A stretch of DNA of 64,000 nucleotides from IMG/VR virus record IMGVR_UViG_3300026078_000030; one strand, 5' to 3'. This DNA is from an uncultured virus (IMG/VR IMGVR_UViG_3300026078_000030) (taxonomy: Duplodnaviria > Heunggongvirae > Uroviricota > Caudoviricetes). This document shows, piece by piece, positions 1-9,075 of this stretch. Below the pieces are notes generated by a model. It searched no databases. It was not told where the DNA came from and was given only the letters and a program-made list of their open reading frames with translations. The first letter of the stretch is position 1. Each line of letters opens with the position of its first letter. Both the position numbers and the translations under genes were made by a program.

Positions 1-164
1 TACTTCCGGCTGTCAAAAACAAACCCGGCAACCTCCAGCGGGTCCGTCAGTCGAACAAACGGCTGCCGGAATTCGCTGTCCTCGGGGCGGTCGCTGCCAC
101 GGTGCACGATTCCGTGCGAGTCGATGTAGTCGCCGGCGATCGGGTCGATGGGGCGGGTTGACAT
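1..164 (-). repeat. Direct repeat of 63300-63463 (161/164 identical); partial copy of a 65-aa hypothetical gene
   Basis: 1-124 identical to 63300-63423; mismatches at 125, 129, 149; MSTRPIDPIAGDYIDS vs MSTRPLDPIAGDYVDS. Confidence 0.95.
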
Positions 165-200
165 GCGGTTTCCTTTCAAAAGTGGTTAAACGACTGTTAC

Positions 201-470
201 CTACGCCGCTGGCGTTTTTCCAACGACAACTCCGTCTCGAATGTGCAGCAGGTCGCCATCCTGTGCCGCAATTGTTTCGCTGGTCCAGATCCAATGCCCC
301 GCGTTGGAACGCTGCACGAGAACCGCACCAGTTCGCACTCGCCAGTAGAATTCCGAAGCGCGAACAGCAGCCAGCCCAGACGGCGAGACTTCGATTGTGG
401 CGAACTCCCCGGTGACAACGGCCGCTCCCCTGTAGCCTGACGCCGTGGCCGCTCCCCTGGAGGCGTGCTT
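201..470 (-). pseudogene. C-terminal half of a gene split by the 479-928 insertion
   Basis: Joins in frame to 929-1348 when the insert and one TSD are removed (...HIAWV-KHASRGAATASGYRGAA...). Confidence 0.85.
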
Positions 471-545
471 CACCCATGGATAGTGGGTAGATTTGCGTAC
501 GGATCGCGTTTTTCGTGGGAGCGGCGCTTTTGGGCCAGCCATTTG

Positions 546-776
546 TTATGCCTCGTCGTCGAGTTTGAGAAATGGAATCGGCTTCGCAGCCGCTTCGAGT
601 TCGCGTGTTGCTGCCCACCGCAGTCGTTCCCGCACCCATGCGGACATTTCAAGCCCAGTCAGTCGGGCACACATTGCAAATGCCTGCTTTTCCAGCGGAT
701 CGAGCCGGACCTGGAACATGATCCCCTTTGCACTATCCGAACCCTTTTTCGGTCTGCCGCGTCTGGTAGTTTTCAT
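546..776 (-). CDS. AT-hook plus ribbon-helix-helix DNA-binding protein (MobC/DUF1778-like)
   Basis: RRGRPKK followed by FQVRLDPLEKQAFAMCARLTGLEMSAWVRERL. Confidence 0.7.
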   Translation of the reverse strand: MKTTRRGRPKKGSDSAKGIMFQVRLDPLEKQAFAMCARLTGLEMSAWVRERLRWAATRELEAAAKPIPFLKLDDEA

Positions 777-782
777 GACGAA

Positions 783-849
783 ATTATACTGACAAAAAAC
801 TACAAATCAACCCCAACTCGCTTGACTGTCAGTTTTTTGTCAGTACAAT
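783..849. promoter_or_regulatory. Back-to-back sigma70 promoters with inverted 15-bp operators
   Basis: Minus TTGATT-16-TATAAT (810-783); plus TTGACT-16-TACAAT (822-849); TACTGACAAAAAACT (787-801) and its exact inverse (831-845) overlap the spacers. Confidence 0.75.
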
Positions 850-928
850 TTATCTAAATGCCTCGCGGCCGTCTCTGACTTACGTCCACAATTCAGACGT
901 TCCGTCGATTTCAAAGTTACCCACTATC

Positions 929-1348
929 CACCCATGCGATGTGCCCTGGCAGGATCATCGCAAGTGCATCAACGTATTTTCCGCAGAACACAACTTCCGG
1001 CGTGCGGCCGTGCTCCGGGTTCGGGACTGCCTTCACCTTGCCTTCGACCTCGATCACGTCGTCTGGATGCGCGCGGAACACGATCCAGCGGCCGGCATAG
1101 TTCGGATCTTTGCCTTCACCGAACGAGAAGCCCCAGGCCCAGCCGAACAGACCGCCGCTTTCGCAGGTCGGCTCGCGGCTCCATTTGTCTGGCGTCACTG
1201 GCCCCGATTCAGGCCATTGAAATTCTCCCCACTTCCCGCGCGACTTTCCGTCAGCGTCCGTGCATTTGAGTATCAGGACGTGCTCGCCGGCGTTGGTCCA
1301 GCGACTACGGGGAGTGATTTCCGGTACAGCCTCAATGACATCAGACAT
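929..1348 (-). pseudogene. N-terminal half of the split gene (related in type to 17506-18639)
   Basis: ORF stops 4 codons into the TIR (DSG*); FQWPESGPV...TCESGGLFGW domain. Confidence 0.8.
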
Positions 1349-1406
1349 CTTGCGCTCCTGTTAATTTTCCGTGTTTTCCGACCCTCAATGAACGACTGTT
1401 CTTTTC

Positions 1407-1787
1407 TCACGCCTCGACAGCCATGACCTCGATGACCAGCCGCGGATCATTTTTGTCGTAATCGATGACAACCGGCAAGTGGACTACTCCCGAATCATCC
1501 GCCCATACGCCTGCATCTGTGAATCCGTCCCATACCGCCTTGCACGAGGCGGCACAGTTGTCCTTGTCGCGTCTTGCTTTCGTCCGAAAGTAGAACGTCG
1601 CCTTGACAGTGGCCTCTGCGAAAGGCATTGACGCGACGATCTGTTTGTTAGTTTCGTCTCGCATCGCCGCGACTGCCGCCATGTTCGCCCAGTACCGCAT
1701 CTTGGCCGTCGCCTGCGCCTTGACTCGCCAGTGACAGCGAGCATTCGGTGACAGGTGCTCGTGCGGTAATGGAAGCGTGATCGTCAT
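1407..1787 (-). CDS. rusA: RusA-like Holliday junction resolvase
   Basis: LPLP..LSPN, RDKDN...KAVWDG...G.W.DDS acidic motifs. Confidence 0.8.
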   Translation of the reverse strand: MTITLPLPHEHLSPNARCHWRVKAQATAKMRYWANMAAVAAMRDETNKQIVASMPFAEATVKATFYFRTKARRDKDNCAASCKAVWDGFTDAGVWADDSGVVHLPVVIDYDKNDPRLVIEVMAVEA

Positions 1788-2018
1788 GTCGCCTCCCTTT
1801 CTCGGAGCACACTCACGATCGCCTGCACGCCAGACTCCAGGTTCGCCTGATGCTCCACGGCGACCGCCTGATACTTCATCCCCGAGACGTTGACCCACTC
1901 GTAAGGCACCGGCACGCGGCTCAACGTGACGTCGCGCGGCTCGCAGCCGTGTTCGTGGATGGTGACGATGACTCTCACTTCGATTCCTCCTTAACCGCCG
2001 CGTGTGCCACCCGCATTC

Positions 2019-2555
2019 TCAAGACTCCGAACCGAATGATTCAATACTGGCAATTCCTTCGTGCCTTATCTTCTCAAGCCATGATTCTGAAAATTTATGC
2101 GACAGCAGCCAGCCTTCAATTCCATTCCCGCCAACAATTGCACGCATTTTTATAAGATCAAACTCGGCCGGATCTCCCAAAGATATTCGTTTTTTTATTT
2201 TCGCAGCGATGCACAAAAGTCGGATTGACTGAGGCTCTCCTTTAATTCCATTGTGTACGAGCCTGTGCGCGATATGGGAAATCCGTATTAAGTTGGATCT
2301 TTCGTGTTGGCGACTTCCGTAGCTGAAGATGTGGTGGGCGCCTTTCTCTGGCAGGAAATACGGATTGGTCTTCGCTGGCCAAATGCGAGCGGTCCCGTCG
2401 TCCGTCCAGAACACGCGCAGCCATTCTCCAATCTCGCAGTGCCTGTTTTGTGGATCATCCGCATACGCGAAATATGCGGCCACGTTCGGCTTGCTCTTAC
2501 GCGGCTTCTTGGACTTGCGTCTGATCGCAGATCTCTTGAGCGGAGTTTTATTCAC
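2019..2555 (-). CDS. Putative HNH-like nuclease
   Basis: HHIF...SNLIRISHIAHRLVH; basic N-terminus. Confidence 0.45.
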   Translation of the reverse strand: MNKTPLKRSAIRRKSKKPRKSKPNVAAYFAYADDPQNRHCEIGEWLRVFWTDDGTARIWPAKTNPYFLPEKGAHHIFSYGSRQHERSNLIRISHIAHRLVHNGIKGEPQSIRLLCIAAKIKKRISLGDPAEFDLIKMRAIVGGNGIEGWLLSHKFSESWLEKIRHEGIASIESFGSES

Positions 2556-2838
2556 GGCTTCGCTCCTTCGTCATTGAGCCGCCAGACCCTGCAATCATGC
2601 AAGCCGTCCCGCAACAGCAGCACATCACCTTCACGATGCGCGGGAAGCGCGAATTCCTCAAATCCCGCCGCCTTCAGCGCCTTCCGCGCCTTGTCGAGCG
2701 GCGACGTCTCGAATGCCTTTAGCGCCAACACAAGTCTGTCGTGCTGGTTCGCCGTTGGCCATCTGAGTACCGCCAGCAGTTGTTCGACCGCCGGTATCAG
2801 CGTGCCCTCTGCGGCCATTGCTTCAAGTTTTGTGCGCG

Positions 2839-3438
2839 TCATGGGGTGGCTCCGATCCTCTTGAAAGACACGACCCAGACCCACGGGTTTGATTCCCATG
2901 AATGCCCACGACGGGCGTTCAACTTGTCCCATAGGCTCCTGAACCATTCGAGGCGAGACTTATCGCCATCCAGTCTGTTCGTTGGCTCCCAGGGCGTGCC
3001 TTCGAGGTCCATGTCGCCCATCGTCATATCCTGCAATCGCTCCGCACGAATCTCTGTGACTTCCAGGTCGATGCGGCTGGCCGATCGCGGCATGTGAATC
3101 GAGGGTTTCCAGAAACCGGGTTCGACAAACGGCTCTCCGTCGGCGCGATATACAAAATGTGCGATCGAATGCGGCGCGTTGGCATGGCCATACCCGAACG
3201 TCTCGCGGACCCATAGGTGGTCGCCAGCTTCTCCGTATGGGCATCTGGTCGCGTATGAATTGCGTGACGTGACTCGTTCCCAGTTTGCGCCGCCGATGTT
3301 GACTACCTTGACTATTCCTGAATGTGCGAGACAGCTTCGCGGCTCGATAACACGCCTCGTCATCGTCTTGCGCCCGCCCAGAATCGCTCTGACCATCGGT
3401 CCCGAAAACAAAATCGGTCGCTCCCTTACGGCTGTCAT
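2839..3438 (-). CDS. ASCH/PUA-like phage protein
   Basis: RPILFSGPMVRAILGGRKTMTRR...WKPSIHMPR...NPWVWVVSF. Confidence 0.8.
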   Translation of the reverse strand: MTAVRERPILFSGPMVRAILGGRKTMTRRVIEPRSCLAHSGIVKVVNIGGANWERVTSRNSYATRCPYGEAGDHLWVRETFGYGHANAPHSIAHFVYRADGEPFVEPGFWKPSIHMPRSASRIDLEVTEIRAERLQDMTMGDMDLEGTPWEPTNRLDGDKSRLEWFRSLWDKLNARRGHSWESNPWVWVVSFKRIGATP

Positions 3439-3502
3439 GCTCACATCCCCTCCCCGTGCTGCGGGCAATGCCCGAGATAGTCCGCTGCTGTCGTGCTCCC
3501 CA

Positions 3503-4822
3503 TCACTCCGCTCTCCTGGTGCTGTCCGCGAACAGATCCGCCAGCGATTCTTTGACGACCCGATTCGCCAGCCATTTTCCAACGACAAGATTCACCGCAT
3601 TGCCGAGCATTCGATACCGCGGGGAGTCTGCGATTTCCTTGCCTGCGTCATCCCATCGCGTCCAGTCGTCAGGGAATCCCTGGAGTCGTTCGCACTCTCG
3701 CGGCGTCAATCTGCGGACCCCGGAACGTGTCGCAACGTGCGGCTTGCTGTCGGCGTGCGTGCCGCCCTCTGCGCTGGTCAGCGCTCCGGTGATTTCATCT
3801 GGACCGCCGCGACCGTTGCGACCGTTGCGGGCGAATCGGGTTTGGAAGGTGAAGGGGACGCCGCTTTGAACGTCGGAATGTCCGGATCGAAGCGTTCCCA
3901 TTGGACCGACGTTTGAGCCTTGGCATTGGAATACAATCGGTGCTCCTCGAGAACGGTCGTCACTGCCAGTAATTGGACGCGATAAATCAGATTGTTCAAA
4001 TGTCATGTTGGCGTAATCGCTGGCATTGAACGCCACGGCAGGCGGATGCGCCCCGCTCGCCAGAGGATGACACGCATCTCCGGGCTTCGGTGCCGAATAA
4101 TTTCCGGGCGATGTGATTTGCGTTGTGTCAAACACGATATGCTCGCCTGGTTCCGTCCTGAATCCGCCTGTATTGCCGCCGCTGTTTAATGTGCCAGCGA
4201 TGAAAGTCTCTGAATCAAAATCGTACCGCTCATTCGCATTACACGCTGTCGCCAATTCTATTGGCCCGGTTGTGTTGCCCTCCCCCATAGGCTGCGCTGC
4301 TGCCGTTTTCAGTGCTGCTTCCAATGCTTTTGGCAACTCCCGCCCGCGCTTCTCCGCTCTTCTCAAGATCCCACGGCACGCTGCCGGACTCAAAAAGTAT
4401 TCGTATGGCACGTTTCCAGTCTCCAAGACATCCGACAATGAACACGCGACGGCGCCGCTGCGGGACTCCGAAGTGCTGAGCGTCAAGAATCCGGTAGCTG
4501 TACCCATACCCGCATTTTGCCAGCCCGTCCAAGACGATGGATAAGTCACTTGTTTCTTCCACGACCAATTCCCGTCCTCGTCCTGGACTGATTCCCAGCG
4601 AACTTGGCGAGTCGCCGGACCAACTGGACAGAAGGCCGGGCACGTTTTCGATAAGAACAAGTTCAGGCTTGACGAGAGCGATAATCCGACGAAAGGTGAA
4701 CCAGAGTCCGCTTCGGCTTCCAGCCAGTCCAGCACGCTTTCCAGCCACAGATAAGTCTTGGCAGGGGAAGCCTCCGCAGATAGCGAACGGTCGAACAAAC
4801 TTCCTTGAAACTCTGTCGGCAT
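3503..4822 (-). CDS. C5 cytosine methyltransferase, overlapping second polypeptide carrying the TRD and C-terminal motifs
   Basis: SLSDVLE...YFLSPAACRGILRRAEKRG; RRLTPRECERLQGFPD; YRMLGNAV. Confidence 0.8.
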   Translation of the reverse strand: MPTEFQGSLFDRSLSAEASPAKTYLWLESVLDWLEAEADSGSPFVGLSLSSSLNLFLSKTCPAFCPVGPATRQVRWESVQDEDGNWSWKKQVTYPSSWTGWQNAGMGTATGFLTLSTSESRSGAVACSLSDVLETGNVPYEYFLSPAACRGILRRAEKRGRELPKALEAALKTAAAQPMGEGNTTGPIELATACNANERYDFDSETFIAGTLNSGGNTGGFRTEPGEHIVFDTTQITSPGNYSAPKPGDACHPLASGAHPPAVAFNASDYANMTFEQSDLSRPITGSDDRSRGAPIVFQCQGSNVGPMGTLRSGHSDVQSGVPFTFQTRFARNGRNGRGGPDEITGALTSAEGGTHADSKPHVATRSGVRRLTPRECERLQGFPDDWTRWDDAGKEIADSPRYRMLGNAVNLVVGKWLANRVVKESLADLFADSTRRAE

Positions 4823-5021
4823 TCCGTGGCTCCAGCATGGCTCTCAATCGGTTCACGTCATCCATTCGTTCGGTGTTCGGGAAGTGTCGGCGCAACACGC
4901 GGTTGCAATCCTTATCGCGTTCAACCTGCAATGTGCATGTCATCCCCGCATCCTCAAGCGCCTTGCCGAATCCCTCAATGCCAGCAAACAAACTCCAGAA
5001 TGTCCCCAGCGATTTCGTCAC
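4239..5021 (-). CDS. C5 cytosine methyltransferase, catalytic part (motifs I-VIII)
   Basis: SLFAGIEG, GGFPCQD, ENVPG, QRRRRVF; GTG start overlaps upstream TGA. Confidence 0.85.
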   Translation of the reverse strand: MTKSLGTFWSLFAGIEGFGKALEDAGMTCTLQVERDKDCNRVLRRHFPNTERMDDVNRLRAMLEPRNADRVSRKFVRPFAICGGFPCQDLSVAGKRAGLAGSRSGLWFTFRRIIALVKPELVLIENVPGLLSSWSGDSPSSLGISPGRGRELVVEETSDLSIVLDGLAKCGYGYSYRILDAQHFGVPQRRRRVFIVGCLGDWKRAIRILFESGSVPWDLEKSGEARAGVAKSIGSSTENGSSAAYGGGQHNRANRIGDSV

Positions 5022-5329
5022 GATCGACTCCCATCCAGACGGCCAGACACGGCGAGTGGCTTCTTCCGAGTATCCATGTAGACTTCGAGCAACCTGTGGC
5101 AATCCAGAATTGACGGGTCCTTTTCTCCGTTCATGATCTTGTTTCCCCCCTTGGGGACTGGGCCGAATCCCACCTTGCCGGCAAGCTGCTCCCGGCTGAT
5201 CCCCAGGTCTTCGGCCAGTGCGTCGAAAAGGATCTTGTACCGCAAGGCGAAAGCCGACTGCGCGAGTTGCAGTCCAGTCTCGGCAGCCGCCAACCGCAGG
5301 AATCGACGCTCAAGGTTCTCGTGGATCAT
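5018..5329 (-). CDS. Hypothetical protein, possible HTH
   Basis: Coupled ORF; LGISREQLAGKVG. Confidence 0.5.
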   Translation of the reverse strand: MIHENLERRFLRLAAAETGLQLAQSAFALRYKILFDALAEDLGISREQLAGKVGFGPVPKGGNKIMNGEKDPSILDCHRLLEVYMDTRKKPLAVSGRLDGSRS

Positions 5330-5703
5330 TAGTACATTTCCCCGTCGTCGTCCCGATCGTTGTACGACAGCACGGCCTGTCGCGGCGGGATCTCCAGCTC
5401 GATCAACGGCAGCGGGTCCAGGTTGCGGGCCAGCTTCGTGACCGTCTCGGCGTCAACCAGCGTGATTCGGTAGATCGACGCCGGGTTAATCATCTGCGTC
5501 ACGAATCCGCCTTCAACCGGCACGTCCAGTTGCAGCAGCCCGGCTATGCCCTGCGACAACTTGCCGACGAGCTTCTTGTAGCCCATCATTTCCACGATGG
5601 CGTATTGCGCCGTCTTGAGTTCTCCCCGCGTTTCTGCCGGCTGTGCACCTGCAAACGCAGCGGCTCCGGCAATTGCTCCACCAAGAAATCCACGACGATC
5701 CAT
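5329..5703 (-). CDS. Hypothetical protein with Tat-like signal
   Basis: MDRRGFLGGAIAGAAAFAGA. Confidence 0.6.
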   Translation of the reverse strand: MDRRGFLGGAIAGAAAFAGAQPAETRGELKTAQYAIVEMMGYKKLVGKLSQGIAGLLQLDVPVEGGFVTQMINPASIYRITLVDAETVTKLARNLDPLPLIELEIPPRQAVLSYNDRDDDGEMY

Positions 5704-5849
5704 GATTCACTTCCTTTCTAAAAGCTCCGTCAGCCTCCCCACGATTGACGCGATCCGCGCCCAGCGATCACGAACACACGACCGGATTCCTCCCTAATTT
5801 TGGTGCTGACATACTTGACGCAGAACTTTCACTTGTGTTGCAAAATGTG

Positions 5850-7085
5850 TCATGAAAACAGGTCTCGCGTCTTTCGCGGCGTTAGACAATGCGGGCTGAA
5901 CCACAACCGCTCTTTCTTGCAGTTCGCCCGGCCTCCGGCTTCCTCATCATCGCCTTGCGATCCAAACCCGCCCGACGCCTTCCATTCGACGACTTCCCAG
6001 GTGTCCGGCATTTCGTGCTCCCCGTCGTATCCTGCCAGGCAAATCCGTAACTCCCGGTTGTCGCCGTTCTCAATTGCCCAGCGGTGCACGTCGTGGGCCA
6101 CCTGATCGCAATCCACGCGGTACAAATCGGCTTTGCGTCCAGCCGTGTCGGCGTAAGGCGGGTCGAGAAACACGGCAGTCAGGCCTTGCTTGACCGTGAC
6201 TGTCGGGCCGCAGACACGCGACCAGTCGCCAGAGCACACGCGAATGAGCCGGAATCGTTCCGAGAGAGCACGCATCCACTCGTAGACGCCTTCAGATCGA
6301 CCGGCGATTCCTACGCTGTCATTCGTCACGAGGGGCCGCTTGCGAGAGATTCCATCGGCCTCACCCACAACGCCGCGCGCCGGGCTGCCGTGATTGTTCA
6401 TGTGCGGCATCTTCCGGTTGACACCTTCAACTCCGGTCAGGGCGTCAATCGCAAGCGAGTCTGTCGTCTCTTGTTCGTAATCGGGGCCGCTTGCGGCCTC
6501 GACGTCCCGACCGGTGTCGCCCAAATGGACTAGCGTGCGATTGACGCCCTGACCGGAGTCGCCCAAATGGACTAGCTGGCGATTGACGCCCTGACCGGAG
6601 TCGCCCAAATGGACTAGCTGGCGAACGCCTGCGGCGTCCGCGACGGAATGCCACGGGCCTTGACCAGAACAGAAGCCCGAACCAATCCAGCAGCACATCC
6701 CCCAGCACCACCAGCCGGCAATCTTCGGGTCGTAGAATTCAAATTCGCCGTCAAGCCGCGTTTGCAGAGATTCCTTTTGGCCGATAAGCCAGACATGCCG
6801 CGCATGCAGGTCATTCTCATTGACCGGCCAGTCAGCGTGGAACGCCACGGCATCAGGATCGGCCTGTACCGCACGCCAGAAGTTAGACACGAGCCCGTCT
6901 TTGTCATTGACTGTTTCGACGCCGGTGAATGGACGTGGACGCCCCAGGAGGACCGCGCCAGAACCGAAGAAAGGTTCGACGTAATTCCGCACCGTGCCGA
7001 ACCGCTTCCAGATCAGCGGCGCGACCTTCGACTTGCCGCCGAAGTAGGGAAATGGTGCTTTCAATGGTTTATCAATTTGCGTCAT
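5850..7085 (-). CDS. DNA adenine methyltransferase (Dam/D12 class)
   Basis: PFPYFGGKS, YVEPFFGSGAV, FLDPPY. Confidence 0.88.
   Translation of the reverse strand: MTQIDKPLKAPFPYFGGKSKVAPLIWKRFGTVRNYVEPFFGSGAVLLGRPRPFTGVETVNDKDGLVSNFWRAVQADPDAVAFHADWPVNENDLHARHVWLIGQKESLQTRLDGEFEFYDPKIAGWWCWGMCCWIGSGFCSGQGPWHSVADAAGVRQLVHLGDSGQGVNRQLVHLGDSGQGVNRTLVHLGDTGRDVEAASGPDYEQETTDSLAIDALTGVEGVNRKMPHMNNHGSPARGVVGEADGISRKRPLVTNDSVGIAGRSEGVYEWMRALSERFRLIRVCSGDWSRVCGPTVTVKQGLTAVFLDPPYADTAGRKADLYRVDCDQVAHDVHRWAIENGDNRELRICLAGYDGEHEMPDTWEVVEWKASGGFGSQGDDEEAGGRANCKKERLWFSPHCLTPRKTRDLFS
6509..6624. repeat. About 2.75 x 42-bp in-frame tandem repeat in the methylase variable region
   Basis: RQLVHLGDSGQGVN repeated. 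Confidence 0.9.
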
Positions 7086-7112
7086 GTTTTTCCGTGGTAT
7101 GCGTCAAGTATG

Positions 7113-7394
7113 TCAGTGCCCTAATTTTCTGCGACGAACGCGGCTGACGTGCTGGACACTAACTCCTAGCTCGGCGGCAATCGCGACCCCAGAAATTCCA
7201 GAGTCGAGCATTGATTCGATCCGCTCGTTTGTGTCCGGCTTCCAGTCGCGAGGCAGTCGCGGAGCACGACGCGGCACGCCAGCCAATCGCAGCCAACGCA
7301 TGATCGTCGTATCCGAAACTCGATAGCGAAGCCCGAGACAGGCGAGTGTGCAGCCCTTGCGATAGTCGGCAGCGATTTCATCAATGAGGGTCAT
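7113..7394 (-). CDS. Double HTH protein; C-terminus altered by the cassette
   Basis: LGLRYRVSDTTIMRWL; GVAIAAELGVSVQHVSRV; stop lies inside the TIR. Confidence 0.7.
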   Translation of the reverse strand: MTLIDEIAADYRKGCTLACLGLRYRVSDTTIMRWLRLAGVPRRAPRLPRDWKPDTNERIESMLDSGISGVAIAAELGVSVQHVSRVRRRKLGH

Positions 7395-8167
7395 TGCTGG
7401 GCCTGCGATTTCCTGTATTCTGCCAGCCTGATGGCGGCGCGTTTCTTTTGGTGATCCTCAACCAACTTCCAGCGACTTTCCTTGACCGTCGAAACGAACA
7501 GTGCTATCGGCTTGTCGCCAACTTCCATCGACCTTTCGGCGACCCCCAAAAGCTCAAGGAATCCTTCATCGCCTGGCTTTACGTGGTCCGGCGCATCCTG
7601 TAACAACTTCTTGTGCAGGCTCTCAATCGCCTCATCCATCTTCAGGTGCGGCCCTCTCATTGCGTCAAGTGCCTTCAGTTTCTCCGGCGTCTTTCCCGGA
7701 CGTTTTCCAAATTCAAAAATCTTCCCGCCGCCATTAACCGGCGCCGGAATATTGTCTGTCTGTCTGTCCGGTTCGGTCGGTCGGTCGGTCCGGTCTGTGG
7801 AGGGAGACTTCTCCGAGTTGTCTCCGAGATGAAATGACTCAATCCACCTAATCTGTTTCGAGCAACACACTTCGATCGTTTCAGTGAACAGTGAAGACGG
7901 GCATCCGGTTTTTTCTTCCATGTCCTCTGCGGTTAAGGGACCATCCGTATCCGCCAACGTCCCTCGGGTTGGGCATTTTGCTGCGATCTGCACGAGCAGG
8001 CACCAGCAACCGAACAGCGCGGGGCCATTCGGAAGCCGGATCATCCGGCGGAAACTCTTGCCGTCGTGCTTTGTGGGAATTCCTACCCACGATAAGGCCC
8101 CCCCAATCCGCAGCGACTGGGATACCTCGAAGTTCTCTCTCCAGTTGATGATTCGATAGGCTGTCAT
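7391..8167 (-). CDS. Putative replication initiator / replisome organizer
   Basis: YRIINWRENFE, GPALFGCWCLL...GTL; internal 4-mer repeats at 7754-7798 could mark an origin. Confidence 0.55.
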   Translation of the reverse strand: MTAYRIINWRENFEVSQSLRIGGALSWVGIPTKHDGKSFRRMIRLPNGPALFGCWCLLVQIAAKCPTRGTLADTDGPLTAEDMEEKTGCPSSLFTETIEVCCSKQIRWIESFHLGDNSEKSPSTDRTDRPTEPDRQTDNIPAPVNGGGKIFEFGKRPGKTPEKLKALDAMRGPHLKMDEAIESLHKKLLQDAPDHVKPGDEGFLELLGVAERSMEVGDKPIALFVSTVKESRWKLVEDHQKKRAAIRLAEYRKSQAQQ

Positions 8168-8478
8168 TTGTCGGTCGGCACATGTGTTTCCCGATTGCTG
8201 ACCGACTTCAGAATTTGTCGCCCTTTTTCTGACAAATAGTTCCAAATTTCATTGCGAGTGTTGTCTGTTATTCTGAACCATTCCCCGTGCAGCCGTTCTT
8301 CTTTAAGGATTTTGTGCAGCCTGCGTTCAAGCTCTGGGCCACCTTCTGTATGTCCTATCAGAGTCAATGGTTCTGGCGACATTGACCGAATCTCGCGGAA
8401 CCTATTTTCTGGACCCAAAGAGAATCCGATTTTTACGGCCCTGGATCGCCTTGCGAGGATGAAATAGACTCGCTGCAT
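8164..8478 (-). CDS. GIY-YIG family (T5orf172/MUG113-like) nuclease
   Basis: VYFI...VKIGFS...ERRLH...GEWF. Confidence 0.85.
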   Translation of the reverse strand: MQRVYFILARRSRAVKIGFSLGPENRFREIRSMSPEPLTLIGHTEGGPELERRLHKILKEERLHGEWFRITDNTRNEIWNYLSEKGRQILKSVSNRETHVPTDK

Positions 8479-8799
8479 TACCTGGCCCCCTGAAGCTGGT
8501 TCAAGATGTCGGCGCCGACGTCACCCAGGCCGTCCGCATTGCACGCCTTTCCGATGCCTTCGAGAATCCAGTGGGGTGCCGCCAGCTCGACCTCAAAGAC
8601 GTCCGGCTGATCTCTGACGCACTTCTCCATCCACTCGGCGGCGCTGCGGTAGTTGGCGCGGCTGGATTCATCCTTGCGGCGGTCGCGCGAGCGTTCAATC
8701 AGCACCTGGCGGGCGCGGTGAACGTCGATGAACGAGAGCTTTATCTTGCTCTCGCGTGTGTCTTTTGCCGTCCGTGCAGTTGCCATCGTGGCGGTCCTA

Positions 8800-9075
8800 T
8801 TATCCGATTAGTCTGTATTCCCAGAGCCCGCTATTCCTATCGCCGCGGGTCCGTTTTTCAACGATGTGCGACCCGTTGCCTTCTTTCCGCAGATTCCTCA
8901 ACTGTGCCGAAATCGACGCGTGCCCGTCGCCTGTCAGCAGTGCGATCTCTCCCAGCGTTCTCCATTCGCCATCGAGCATCAGGTCGCGGATTCGCTTAAT
9001 CTGGCCCTTGAGTCGGCTGTAGTCGAATTCAGGCGAGTAGGTCGCGCCACTGAAGTTCAATTCCCCCTGGACCAT
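8800..9075 (-). CDS. Winged-helix DNA-binding protein
   Basis: WRTLGEIA...SISAQLRNLRK...WEYRL. Confidence 0.65.
   Translation of the reverse strand: MVQGELNFSGATYSPEFDYSRLKGQIKRIRDLMLDGEWRTLGEIALLTGDGHASISAQLRNLRKEGNGSHIVEKRTRGDRNSGLWEYRLIG

Larger units (their letters stand above)
479..928. mobile_element. 450-bp non-autonomous TIR cassette (IS1595-like ends) carrying an RHH gene
   Basis: TIRs GATAGTGGGTAGATTTG (479-495) and GATAGTGGGTAACTTTG (912-928 revcomp), 15/17; 8-bp TSD CACCCATG at 471-478 and 929-936. Confidence 0.9.
5802..7120. mobile_element. 1319-bp transposase-less TIR cassette (IS1595-like ends) carrying a DNA adenine methylase
   Basis: TIRs GGTGCTGACATACTTGACGCA (5802-5822) and GGCACTGACATACTTGACGCA (7100-7120 revcomp), 19/21; TSD CTAATTTT at 5794-5801 and 7121-7128. 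Confidence 0.92.

Noticed and set aside
1..164. Repeat pair as DGR template/variable repeats
   Set aside because: Only 3 mismatches, one not at adenine; no reverse transcriptase in the window
858..911. Transposase remnant (GR..LTY-like) inside the small cassette
   Set aside because: Too short and frame-broken to support
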